A DNA stretch of 62,552 bases, the filler included, from Deltaproteobacteria bacterium (GTDB lineage Bacteria; JAUYMQ01), in assembly GCA_030698575.1 (NCBI GenBank). It is 10 parts of 10 records of this genome, joined end to end, with 100 filler letters (N's around TTAATTAATTAA, not from the genome) between each part and the next. Parts side by side here need not be neighbours in the genome. Positions count along the whole stretch, not along the records: positions 1 to 12,379 come from JAUYMQ010000612.1; 9 more parts are not named here. One strand, given 5' to 3'. Position numbers and translations under genes: made by a program. The notes beneath the pieces were generated by a model. That model ran no database searches. It was given only the letters and a program-made list of their open reading frames with translations, and was not told where the DNA came from. Each line of letters opens with the position of its first letter. The stretch's first letter is position 1. Positions 1 through 7,676 of the stretch are shown one piece after another.

Positions 1-89
1 CACGGCATAGGTCCTGCAGACTGAAAACACGCCCCCCGAGCGTGCTTGCCGTGGTCCTCATTCTTCAGGGCCGTCTTCAGGAGACAGCA

Positions 90-641
90 ATGCAGACAGC
101 AGAAGAAAAGAGAGCGGCGCGTTTGGAGTACAAACGCTCCCCGGAGGGCCGGGCCAAGCGTAAGGCCTATGACTCGACGCCCTGGGGGCGTGCACAGCAG
201 AAGGCGTGCACCGACCGGTACAGGGCGGCGCATCCTGATAGGGTGAAAGCCAGTAAGAACTCGCCCGCCGCGAAAAGGGCGGCCGCTAGGTATCGCCGTA
301 GCCCAGCGGGCAAGGCTAGGCAGAGGGCGCGCGATCTGAGGCCGGAGCGAGTGGCCGCACAGAAAGCGGCTTTGGCGAAACGCCGGCGTTTCTCGCCCGA
401 TCAGATCGGCATCCTGCTCCACTACCAGGATCACACATGCGGCATCTGTGGGTGCACGATCGCGGCATCAGCGGCATGCGACCACGACCACACCACGGGT
501 GAGTATCGCGGCCTGCTTTGCATGCCGTGCAACGTCACTGAGGGTTATATCCGCAAGAGCGGGTTGACTCCTGCGGAATACGGCGCGAGGCTCGAGGCCT
601 ACCTCGCGAATCCGCCGGCCAGTATCTTCGAATTAGTTTGA
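90..641 (+). CDS. Endonuclease VII-family (His-Me) homing-type endonuclease with basic N-terminal region
   Basis: C-terminal CGIC...DHDHTTGEYRGLLCMPCN motif; AGGAGA RBS at 79-84 before ATG 90. Confidence 0.85.
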   Translation: MQTAEEKRAARLEYKRSPEGRAKRKAYDSTPWGRAQQKACTDRYRAAHPDRVKASKNSPAAKRAAARYRRSPAGKARQRARDLRPERVAAQKAALAKRRRFSPDQIGILLHYQDHTCGICGCTIAASAACDHDHTTGEYRGLLCMPCNVTEGYIRKSGLTPAEYGARLEAYLANPPASIFELV

Positions 642-805
642 TCAGCCCTCTTTGATAAGGGCATCCATCCTAGGCCCATGAGGCGCTTTGATAACCGGAT
701 GGTGTCCCTATCCAAGAGGGTGTCTACCAGGCGAACGCCTCTGGCGAGCCACGCATATCGCGGGCGAACTTCCCGCACACCCTCTCACTCTCAAGGACAA
801 CCCGC

Positions 806-1087
806 ATGGCAATGGGCATGATGGACGCAGGCACGATGGATGCGGGCGCGATGTCGCCGGCCTCGGCAGGCGGCGATCTCTCGCAAGGCTACTGTATCGA
901 GGTCAGCGTGCTCCCTGATGGTGGCTTCCAGGTGAGTGGCCCGGGACCGCTGAAGACCGAGGAGTACACCGGCGAGATGCTAGACAGCATTGGCGCCGCT
1001 CTCAAGGCGGTGATAGCGATCATCAAGGACAATCCGGTCGCGGGCGATGACACCGCGCAGATGAGCGCAGGCTATGCCGCGCGCTGA
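806..1087 (+). CDS. Phage hypothetical protein
   Basis: AAGGA RBS, in the co-directional gene run leading to terS. Confidence 0.65.
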   Translation: MAMGMMDAGTMDAGAMSPASAGGDLSQGYCIEVSVLPDGGFQVSGPGPLKTEEYTGEMLDSIGAALKAVIAIIKDNPVAGDDTAQMSAGYAAR

Positions 1088-1289
1088 GATACTACTCGAG
1101 GACAGCGAGACCGAGGGCGCACATGTGCGCTTTGTGTTCCCCGACGGATTTGATGCGAAGTCGCCCTCACATCAGATGTGCAATATCATCCGGTCGCAGT
1201 TGGATGACCTCGCGGCCGAGGGCGTGCTCAAGTCACTGCCAATCGAGGGCGATGCGGTTGACGCCCTCGTTGACTCGGCCAAGTTGTAA
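1074..1289 (+). CDS. Phage hypothetical protein
   Basis: Overlaps previous ORF and ends 10 nt before terS. Confidence 0.6.
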   Translation: MPRAEILLEDSETEGAHVRFVFPDGFDAKSPSHQMCNIIRSQLDDLAAEGVLKSLPIEGDAVDALVDSAKL

Positions 1290-1299
1290 GGATTAGCAA

Positions 1300-1815
1300 G
1301 TGGCGCTGACGGCTAAGCAGGAGGCGTTTGCCCGGGCTGTTGCTATTGGTGGCATGAATCAAACGGCTGCTTACGCAAGTACATACGAAGTTGGCAAATC
1401 AACCCAGAAGAGCATTCAAGACTCAGCCTCTCGGCTGGCGGCAGAGCCCCAGGTCAAAGCCAGGATTAAGCTGCTAACAGAGAGAGCGGCGGGCGTCGCC
1501 GTGAAAAAGGCGGGGCTCACGCTCGCGCAGTCAATGGCTGAGGCTGAGAGCCTGCTCGAGGATGCCCAGGCCCTGGGCCAGATCAGTGCCGGCGTTGCCG
1601 CTGCCAAGCTGCGTGCCCAGCTTGCGGGGCATCTCGTTGAAAAGAAAGAAGAAAAGACAGGTCCGCTCACTGATATGGACGTGACCTCGCTCCTGGCCTT
1701 GAAGGCCGAAGTGCAGGCCCAGCTTCAGCGGAACAAGGATGCCCTGGACCTGGTTGGTGACCTCGAGTCGCACGTCGCTGTGCCCTTGCCCCTCATGCGT
1801 AGGGTTATCGGCTAG
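1300..1815 (+). CDS. terS: Terminase small subunit
   Basis: N-terminal LTAKQEAFARAV...NQTAAYASTY...ASRL...VKARI HTH typical of TerS; upstream of TerL. Confidence 0.8.
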   Translation: MALTAKQEAFARAVAIGGMNQTAAYASTYEVGKSTQKSIQDSASRLAAEPQVKARIKLLTERAAGVAVKKAGLTLAQSMAEAESLLEDAQALGQISAGVAAAKLRAQLAGHLVEKKEEKTGPLTDMDVTSLLALKAEVQAQLQRNKDALDLVGDLESHVAVPLPLMRRVIG

Positions 1816-1849
1816 CGAGTCCTACTACAGGCACCAGTGATGCGTGTAT

Positions 1850-1862
1850 TATCAATGGCTTA
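1850..1862 (+). promoter_or_regulatory. IHF consensus site in terS-downstream intergenic region
   Basis: TATCAATGGCTTA matches WATCAANNNNTTR; flanked by inverted repeat ATGCGTGTA (1840-1848)/TACACGCAT (1875-1883). Confidence 0.5.
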
Positions 1863-2125
1863 GGCCGTGATTGGTACACGCATGGTGCACTCGTGCGCGT
1901 GATCGTCACCTGACGCGCGCCGCACGACGGGCGTTCGGTTGACCACCCTTTCGGGCAGGGGGCCGGCCCTCCCTTTTTCCAGGCCGGCGCCGCGCGGCCC
2001 CCACCCGGCACCCCCGCGGCGATGGGACCCGCGGCGTGGGTACCCATATCACGTGGCGATAGAGGGTCTAACAAAAATTTTTCTTCTGAATCAACGAACT
2101 TGCTATTTTTTACAAGGAGCGTCTG

Positions 2126-2479
2126 TTGCCCTCTCTCGATCGAGCTGTGCGCCGCGCCACCGAGAAGAGGTATATCCAGCGCCACCCCGATAAGCGCAAG
2201 GTTATAAAAAAAGACGCAAAATTGCGTGCCCTTGGATTCGCAAAGGGCGAATACCAAGAGGCCCTTCTACTCCAAGGCAATCGCTGTGCGATATGCGCCG
2301 TGGACTTCGCTTCTATCTCCTCGCGCCAAGTGTGCGCTGACCATGATCACGCCACCGGCCAGGCGCGCGGGGTCCTTTGCAACAATTGCAACACGGCCAT
2401 CGGGATGCTGAAGGACTCGCCAGAACGGCTCCTCGCTGCGGTTCGGTATCTGGAGCACCCGCCACTCAGTCTCGTCTAG
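2126..2479 (+). CDS. Second Endonuclease VII-family endonuclease
   Basis: CAIC...DHDHATGQARGVLCNNCN motif; AAGGAG RBS before TTG. Confidence 0.85.
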   Translation: MPSLDRAVRRATEKRYIQRHPDKRKVIKKDAKLRALGFAKGEYQEALLLQGNRCAICAVDFASISSRQVCADHDHATGQARGVLCNNCNTAIGMLKDSPERLLAAVRYLEHPPLSLV

Positions 2480-2560
2480 CCACAAGTTCTGCGGTGCGAA
2501 GCGCTGGTCCCTGACCATGCCTGCCCAAAGCGGTAGCGATCCCCCGTCGGGCTTCGGCCT

Positions 2561-2866
2561 GTGCTACTGCCGCCGCACTTTTACAACTCGGAGCCCCAGT
2601 TGAGAACGTGGTTTTTGGTGCTCAAGACGTGGCGTATTCGCCACATCCCCGCCGACGGACCGTGCTGGAAGGGCGAGATACAGGTGGGCCCATTCCTTAT
2701 CGGCTGGCAGTCCCGTGCTACCGCCACCGCGATTCAACAACCTGGAGCCCGCGTGAAAGCCACCCTGCAATTCATTCGTGACGTGCTGATGATGGCTTTC
2801 GCGATCGTCGCCGGCAGCGTGGTCTTCGTTGTCGCTGTCATCGGCGCCATAAGGAGAAAGAAGTGA
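2561..2866 (+). CDS. Small phage membrane protein (true start may be GTG 2753)
   Basis: C-terminal hydrophobic helix followed by RRKK; GGAG before GTG 2753. Confidence 0.45.
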   Translation: MLLPPHFYNSEPQLRTWFLVLKTWRIRHIPADGPCWKGEIQVGPFLIGWQSRATATAIQQPGARVKATLQFIRDVLMMAFAIVAGSVVFVVAVIGAIRRKK

Positions 2867-3021
2867 TCGCCTCCGCCCCACAGGCCCCCGCCACGCTACC
2901 CGAGCCCACCAGCATGGCCGTCTGGGTCCAGGTAAAGGTCCCGGTCGATAAAGGGTGCGCCATCTGCCGCAAATCCGGACTATGCGTCTGTGTCTTCGCA
3001 GGCAACGATACGGTCCACTGA
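2863..3021 (+). CDS. Small Cys-containing phage hypothetical protein (not in ORF track)
   Basis: AAGGAG RBS, GTGA overlap with upstream stop, encodes CAICRKSGLCVC. Confidence 0.45.
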   Translation: MIASAPQAPATLPEPTSMAVWVQVKVPVDKGCAICRKSGLCVCVFAGNDTVH

Positions 3022-3022
3022 C

Positions 3023-3217
3023 GTGAACGAGTACTACCCCGATTACTGGACGGCGCCGCGCGTGCCCTCGCCAGATCCGCATTATCTTCGGTCGGCGGTA
3101 CCCGCTGGCCGCTGGGTGTTCGTTCCGGATCACCCGGCGCCTTATGTGCCACCCTGGGTTCCCTCCATTACGGAGCCATACATACCGCCCTGGCTGCCGA
3201 ACACGATCGTTTGCTGA
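3023..3217 (+). CDS. Pro/Tyr/Trp-rich small phage protein
   Basis: Starts right after previous stop; TGATG overlap with terL. Confidence 0.45.
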   Translation: MNEYYPDYWTAPRVPSPDPHYLRSAVPAGRWVFVPDHPAPYVPPWVPSITEPYIPPWLPNTIVC

Positions 3218-4668
3218 TGCTGGTCGCCACAGATACCGCGTCCCTGCAACGGCAGAACAACGAAATCGAGCGAGCGCTCTCGTACAACCAGCTCGCGCAG
3301 TACGTACCGTATCCCAAGCAGTTGGAGTTCCATTCCGCGGGCGCGAACCCGGATGTCCGGGAGCGTTTGCTGATCGCCGGGAACCAGTTGGGCAAGACGC
3401 TTTCCGCCTCCCGCGAGGCGGCGATGCACGCAACAGGCCTGTACCCCAGCTGGTGGCCAGGTGTGCGCTTCCTCAAACCGACCACCGGGTGGGCGGCATC
3501 CATTACTTCGCAAGGCACGCGCGACACTGTACAGCGGATGTTGCTCGGCCGCCCTGGTGAGTTCGGCACCGGCTCGATACCGAAGGCCTCGATCATCGAG
3601 GTCAAGAAGGCGACCCACGGGGTCGCGGACTCGGTAGAGACGATCACCGTCCGGCACCACCCGACGGGGGGCACCAGCCGGATCACACTCAAGACCTATG
3701 ATCAAGGCAGAGAACGCTGGCAGGGCGACACGCTTAATTGGGTTTGGTTTGATGAGGAGCCGCCCGAGGACATCCATACCGAGGGTATGACCCGCACGAA
3801 TGCTACCGGCGGCATTGGGTTCATGACCTTCACACCGTTGCTCGGCATGAGCACGGTCGTTAAGTGGTTCCTAATCGATAAAGCACAGGGCACCCACGTC
3901 ACGACGATGACGATCGAGGATGCGCTCCACTACACGCCGGAGCAGCGCGTCAATATCATCGCCGCCTACCCGGCGCACGAGCGCGATGCTCGCGCGCGCG
4001 GGAAGCCGATCATGGGGTCCGGTTTAGTCTTCCCGTTTGAAGATGAGTTGATCGCGGAACCCCCGTTGCAAATTCCAGACCATTGGCCACGGATCGTGGG
4101 AATTGATCTGGGATACGGACACCCGTTTGCCGCGGTCTGGATTGCGTGGGATAGGGATACCGACACAGCCCATCTCTACGATACATACCGCCGGAAGGAA
4201 GCCACGCCCATTACCCACTCCGCGGTGATCCGCGCGAAGGGCGCCTGGATACCGGTCGCGTTCCCGCACGACGGTGAGAACCGCGACGGCCGCAATAGCG
4301 GTCTGACCGTCGCGCAGCAGTTCCGCGACCTCGGCTGCAACATGCTGAAGGTGCGCGCGACGCACCCGCCCGCGAAGGGGCAGAAAGAAGGTGATGGTGG
4401 CATCTCGCTTGAAGCTGGTCTCAGCGACATGTTCGATCGCATGCAGACCGGGCGCCTGAAGGTCGCCAAACACCTTGCCGATTTCTTCGAGGAGAAGAGC
4501 ATGTACCACCGCAAGGATGGCCTGGTGGTCAAGGAAGGTGACGATATTTTATCGGCCACTCGCATCGCGTTGATGATGCTGCGCTTCGCGAAGGTAAAAC
4601 AGGCTCCGCGCGAAGCCGCGATTCCGGGGTTCAAACCGACTGTAAGGGGTGTGGGGATGCTCGGATGA
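3217..4668 (+). CDS. terL: Terminase large subunit (P22 gp2/Terminase_6-like)
   Basis: Walker A AGNQLGKT, Walker B WVWFDEE, coupling motif TFTP, RNase H-fold GIDLG...DDILSA. Confidence 0.95.
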   Translation: MLVATDTASLQRQNNEIERALSYNQLAQYVPYPKQLEFHSAGANPDVRERLLIAGNQLGKTLSASREAAMHATGLYPSWWPGVRFLKPTTGWAASITSQGTRDTVQRMLLGRPGEFGTGSIPKASIIEVKKATHGVADSVETITVRHHPTGGTSRITLKTYDQGRERWQGDTLNWVWFDEEPPEDIHTEGMTRTNATGGIGFMTFTPLLGMSTVVKWFLIDKAQGTHVTTMTIEDALHYTPEQRVNIIAAYPAHERDARARGKPIMGSGLVFPFEDELIAEPPLQIPDHWPRIVGIDLGYGHPFAAVWIAWDRDTDTAHLYDTYRRKEATPITHSAVIRAKGAWIPVAFPHDGENRDGRNSGLTVAQQFRDLGCNMLKVRATHPPAKGQKEGDGGISLEAGLSDMFDRMQTGRLKVAKHLADFFEEKSMYHRKDGLVVKEGDDILSATRIALMMLRFAKVKQAPREAAIPGFKPTVRGVGMLG

Positions 4669-5312
4669 AGATCTGTTCGGTTTGTGCAGTGGATAAGGAA
4701 GAGAGCGAGTTCTACAAGATGGGCGCCGGGCATCGTGCCCGTTGCAAGAAGTGCGACAGCGCGGACTCCGCTGCTTGGCGCGCGGCGAACAAAGAGTATG
4801 ACACCGCGAGAAACGCTGCTTGGCGCTTGGCCAACCCGGAGCAAACCGCGGCCGCTAAGAAAGTCTGGCACCAAGCCCACCGAAGCGAGGCGAATAAGCG
4901 TCGCAGAGGATGGAGCGATGAGAAGCGGGCGGAAGTTAAGGTGGTAGCCAAAAAGTATCGGGCGACAAACGCCGAAAAAATAAAAGTAACAGAGCGTGCG
5001 TGGGTTGCGAATAATCGGGAAAAGGTGAATGCAGGGAACGCCGCTTGGAAGAAAGCGAACCCAGCAAAAATTGCAGCGATCAACGCGCGCCGCGAAGCCG
5101 ATAAGATCCGCGCCACCCCCGCGTGGGCCGACCTCGAGGCGATCAAGGACGTTTACGCGGAGGCCGCGTACTTCGGCATGCACGTCGACCATATCGTTCC
5201 CTTGCGCGGGAGGACCGTCTGCGGTCTCCACGTCTGGGACAACCTGCAGTTGCTCACGCCGAAAGAGAACATAGCCAAGGGCAACCGCCACTGGCCAGGG
5301 ATGTCCGGCTGA
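4665..5312 (+). CDS. HNH endonuclease
   Basis: N-terminal CxxC...CxxC, C-terminal HVDHIVPL...CGLHVWDNLQLLTPKENIAKGN; ATGA overlap with terL. Confidence 0.9.
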   Translation: MKICSVCAVDKEESEFYKMGAGHRARCKKCDSADSAAWRAANKEYDTARNAAWRLANPEQTAAAKKVWHQAHRSEANKRRRGWSDEKRAEVKVVAKKYRATNAEKIKVTERAWVANNREKVNAGNAAWKKANPAKIAAINARREADKIRATPAWADLEAIKDVYAEAAYFGMHVDHIVPLRGRTVCGLHVWDNLQLLTPKENIAKGNRHWPGMSG

Positions 5313-5390
5313 CCTTTTGTACTATACAAAAGATGAAAAGGGTAGTACGCCGTTCACTTTCCGTGAACGAATCTAATTACTGAACAGAGG

Positions 5391-5768
5391 ATGGGCCAAG
5401 TGAAAAGGATCATTGCTTTCGTATTCACGATGCTGTGCGCGCTCTCCGCGTTCGCGGTCGACGGCAGCAGTGTGCAGGCCAGCGACGGCCAGGGGACGGT
5501 TATCACGCTGACGCTAGACGTCTGCGGAAACCCGGCGATACTGGACAAGATCAAGGAGATCAACCCGGACATCGTTGCCCGCGGAGGGGAACCCCTCGAC
5601 GCCAACAACTTTCATTCGGGTGCCTTGCTCTATCAGGGCACCTCGTACGGCGCCTGCTGGACGATGGTGGGCGATGATGTGGTCGGTATCCTCGCTGATG
5701 CGGACGAGAGAGGTGTGCTCTCCATGTTCGTCCCCGGGACAGCCTTCCGCAGTACGCGTGGTATCTAA
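5391..5768 (+). CDS. Exported protein with signal peptide (moron-like)
   Basis: MGQVKRIIAFVFTMLCALSAFA signal peptide with AxA cleavage site. Confidence 0.65.
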   Translation: MGQVKRIIAFVFTMLCALSAFAVDGSSVQASDGQGTVITLTLDVCGNPAILDKIKEINPDIVARGGEPLDANNFHSGALLYQGTSYGACWTMVGDDVVGILADADERGVLSMFVPGTAFRSTRGI

Positions 5769-5786
5769 ACATCAAAGGACACAAAC

Positions 5787-6161
5787 ATGGCAACTGCTGT
5801 AGCAACCGTATCGCGCGACATCGGAGAGAGGGATGGGTCGACCATCAAGTATTCGTGGCCACTCACGAGCACGAACGTCGACGGCCAGCCCGTCGAGTGG
5901 ACGGAGTGGGCCGACCGCACTTGGACCGTCACCGGCACCTGGGGTGGGGCTACCTGCTCGTTTGAGGGTAGCAACGATGGCTCGGTCTACGTGACCTTGT
6001 CGAACGCCGCCGGTGGGACCGCGGCCACGAAGACCGCGGACGGCGCCCTCGCGATCATCGAGACGCCGCGCTATGTCCGCCCGAAGCTCACGACCGCGGG
6101 GACGGACGCCGTCCTCACGGTGATTATGATTGCACGCCGGCATACCGGAATGAGGACATAG
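5787..6161 (+). CDS. Phage hypothetical/virion protein
   Basis: AAGGA RBS; beta-rich, GTWGGATCSFEGSNDG motif seen in phage structural proteins. Confidence 0.7.
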   Translation: MATAVATVSRDIGERDGSTIKYSWPLTSTNVDGQPVEWTEWADRTWTVTGTWGGATCSFEGSNDGSVYVTLSNAAGGTAATKTADGALAIIETPRYVRPKLTTAGTDAVLTVIMIARRHTGMRT

Positions 6162-6163
6162 AC

Positions 6164-6691
6164 ATGGACAAGTTCACCGCAGCAGAAAGCATCCGCCGTC
6201 TCGCGGTCCAGTATCAGGGGATGGTCGAGGCGGCCGACGCGCTCGAGAAGTTGGGCTCGTTCGAGCAGGCGACCGCGGAAGCGGGTGTCGCGCGCGACAA
6301 AGCGGTCTTGGAGCTCGCTACCGCCACCGAAGCGCTCGAGGGTATGAAGTCCGCCGTCGAGGCCGCGAGGGCGGAGGCCGAGGGATCGCGAGCGCGCGGC
6401 AAGCAGTACGCCGCCGGCGTGATCGAGCAGGCGAAGGCGGATTACTCACGAATGATCGCGGAAGCGAAGGCGGCCGCGCAGAGGCTCGTGGGCGAGGCGA
6501 AGGAGCACGCCGCCGCGGTATCCGCGGAAGCGCAAGCCAAGGTCGAAGCGCTCATTGCTAAGGCCAACGAGATTGCTGCGGCCATCGTCGCGGCCACAGA
6601 TAGCAAGAGCAGGGCCGAGGCAGCCGCCGAGGCAGCGCAAGCGAAGCTGGCAGCGATCCGCGAGCAGATCGCGAACCTGGTTGCGGGCTGA
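6164..6691 (+). CDS. Ala-rich coiled-coil phage protein
   Basis: GAGGA RBS, heptad Ala/Glu/Lys composition. Confidence 0.7.
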   Translation: MDKFTAAESIRRLAVQYQGMVEAADALEKLGSFEQATAEAGVARDKAVLELATATEALEGMKSAVEAARAEAEGSRARGKQYAAGVIEQAKADYSRMIAEAKAAAQRLVGEAKEHAAAVSAEAQAKVEALIAKANEIAAAIVAATDSKSRAEAAAEAAQAKLAAIREQIANLVAG

Positions 6692-6801
6692 TGGAAAGCA
6701 AAACTGGCTTTCGGGCCAAGTTGAGCGTCAAGGTTACCCGCGGCCATCGCGTCTCTCCCTGGCAAACATTGAAGGACTGGTTAAGGAGTATTTGGCTATG
6801 A
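6691..6801 (+). CDS. 36-aa small protein MESKTGFRAKLSVKVTRGHRVSPWQTLKDWLRSIWL (not in ORF track)
   Basis: Coupled on both sides (TGATG at 6689-6693, ATGA at 6798-6801). Confidence 0.55.
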   Translation: MESKTGFRAKLSVKVTRGHRVSPWQTLKDWLRSIWL

Positions 6802-7640
6802 AATCGAAAATCATCAAACTGCCGTTCGGCGCCGGCCGGATCGTCCTCGCGCACGAACTCGAAGGGTCCGCCACCCACCTCGGTGGGATCAAGTTCGGGA
6901 CCAACCTGCGCGCGAATCAGATTCGCGACGGCCGGGTAATCGGCGAGCGCAACCTCGGCTCCGGTCTCGTGACCAACGTCGGCGTGCTCGCGCTCGCCAA
7001 CGACTTCGGCTGGAGCGCGACCAACGCGCTCAATTCGCTGTTCGCGAAGATGAAATACCACGCCTCCGGCAAGGGTACCACCTCCGCGGCGGAGACAGAC
7101 ATCAAGCTCGAGACAGTCTCCACCGTCGGCGGTCAGACCCCCGTCGCTGGGACCCAGGTCCTGGTCTCCGCAGCGAACGCACAGAAGTATCAGTCGGTGG
7201 CGACGATTGCATACACCGGCGCGGAAGCGGTCACCGAGTGGGGTTTCCTCGCGTATGGCAGCACGTTGCCTGCAGTCGCAGATCTGTCGGACGCAACCGG
7301 CTCGCCCTTCACCGCCGGCGGCGCTACAAGTGGCACGACCACAGGCACGACCCTGACGGCATCGAGCGCGACCGTGATGGGTCAGCAGATGTCCATCTTC
7401 GAGCGCACGTCCGGCACCAACTTGTCGTACGGTCTCGTCACCTCGAACACTACTTCTGTCATCACCGTCCCGGCGTGGTATTTGGTTGCGACCGGTGCAG
7501 CGGGACAAGCACCAGGAAACGCAGAGACGTACGTCATCCGCCCGATCATGTGGGACCACAAGGTGTTCTCCGCGATCAACGTAGTGAACGGCGACAGCAT
7601 TCAGTACACCTACACGCTCACGATCTCGTCCGGCGGGTAA
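6798..7640 (+). CDS. Putative virion structural protein
   Basis: TAAGGAG RBS before ATG 6798; Gly/Thr/Ser-rich, ends ...AINVVNGDSIQYTYTLTI. Confidence 0.7.
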   Translation: MKSKIIKLPFGAGRIVLAHELEGSATHLGGIKFGTNLRANQIRDGRVIGERNLGSGLVTNVGVLALANDFGWSATNALNSLFAKMKYHASGKGTTSAAETDIKLETVSTVGGQTPVAGTQVLVSAANAQKYQSVATIAYTGAEAVTEWGFLAYGSTLPAVADLSDATGSPFTAGGATSGTTTGTTLTASSATVMGQQMSIFERTSGTNLSYGLVTSNTTSVITVPAWYLVATGAAGQAPGNAETYVIRPIMWDHKVFSAINVVNGDSIQYTYTLTISSGG

Positions 7641-7676
7641 GCCCCGTAGGGGGTAGCGCGGCTTCTGGCCGATGAT

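Noticed and set aside
1..60. Hammerhead ribozyme
   Set aside because: CTGAAAA does not match the CUGANGA core and the catalytic GAAA/UH arrangement is missing
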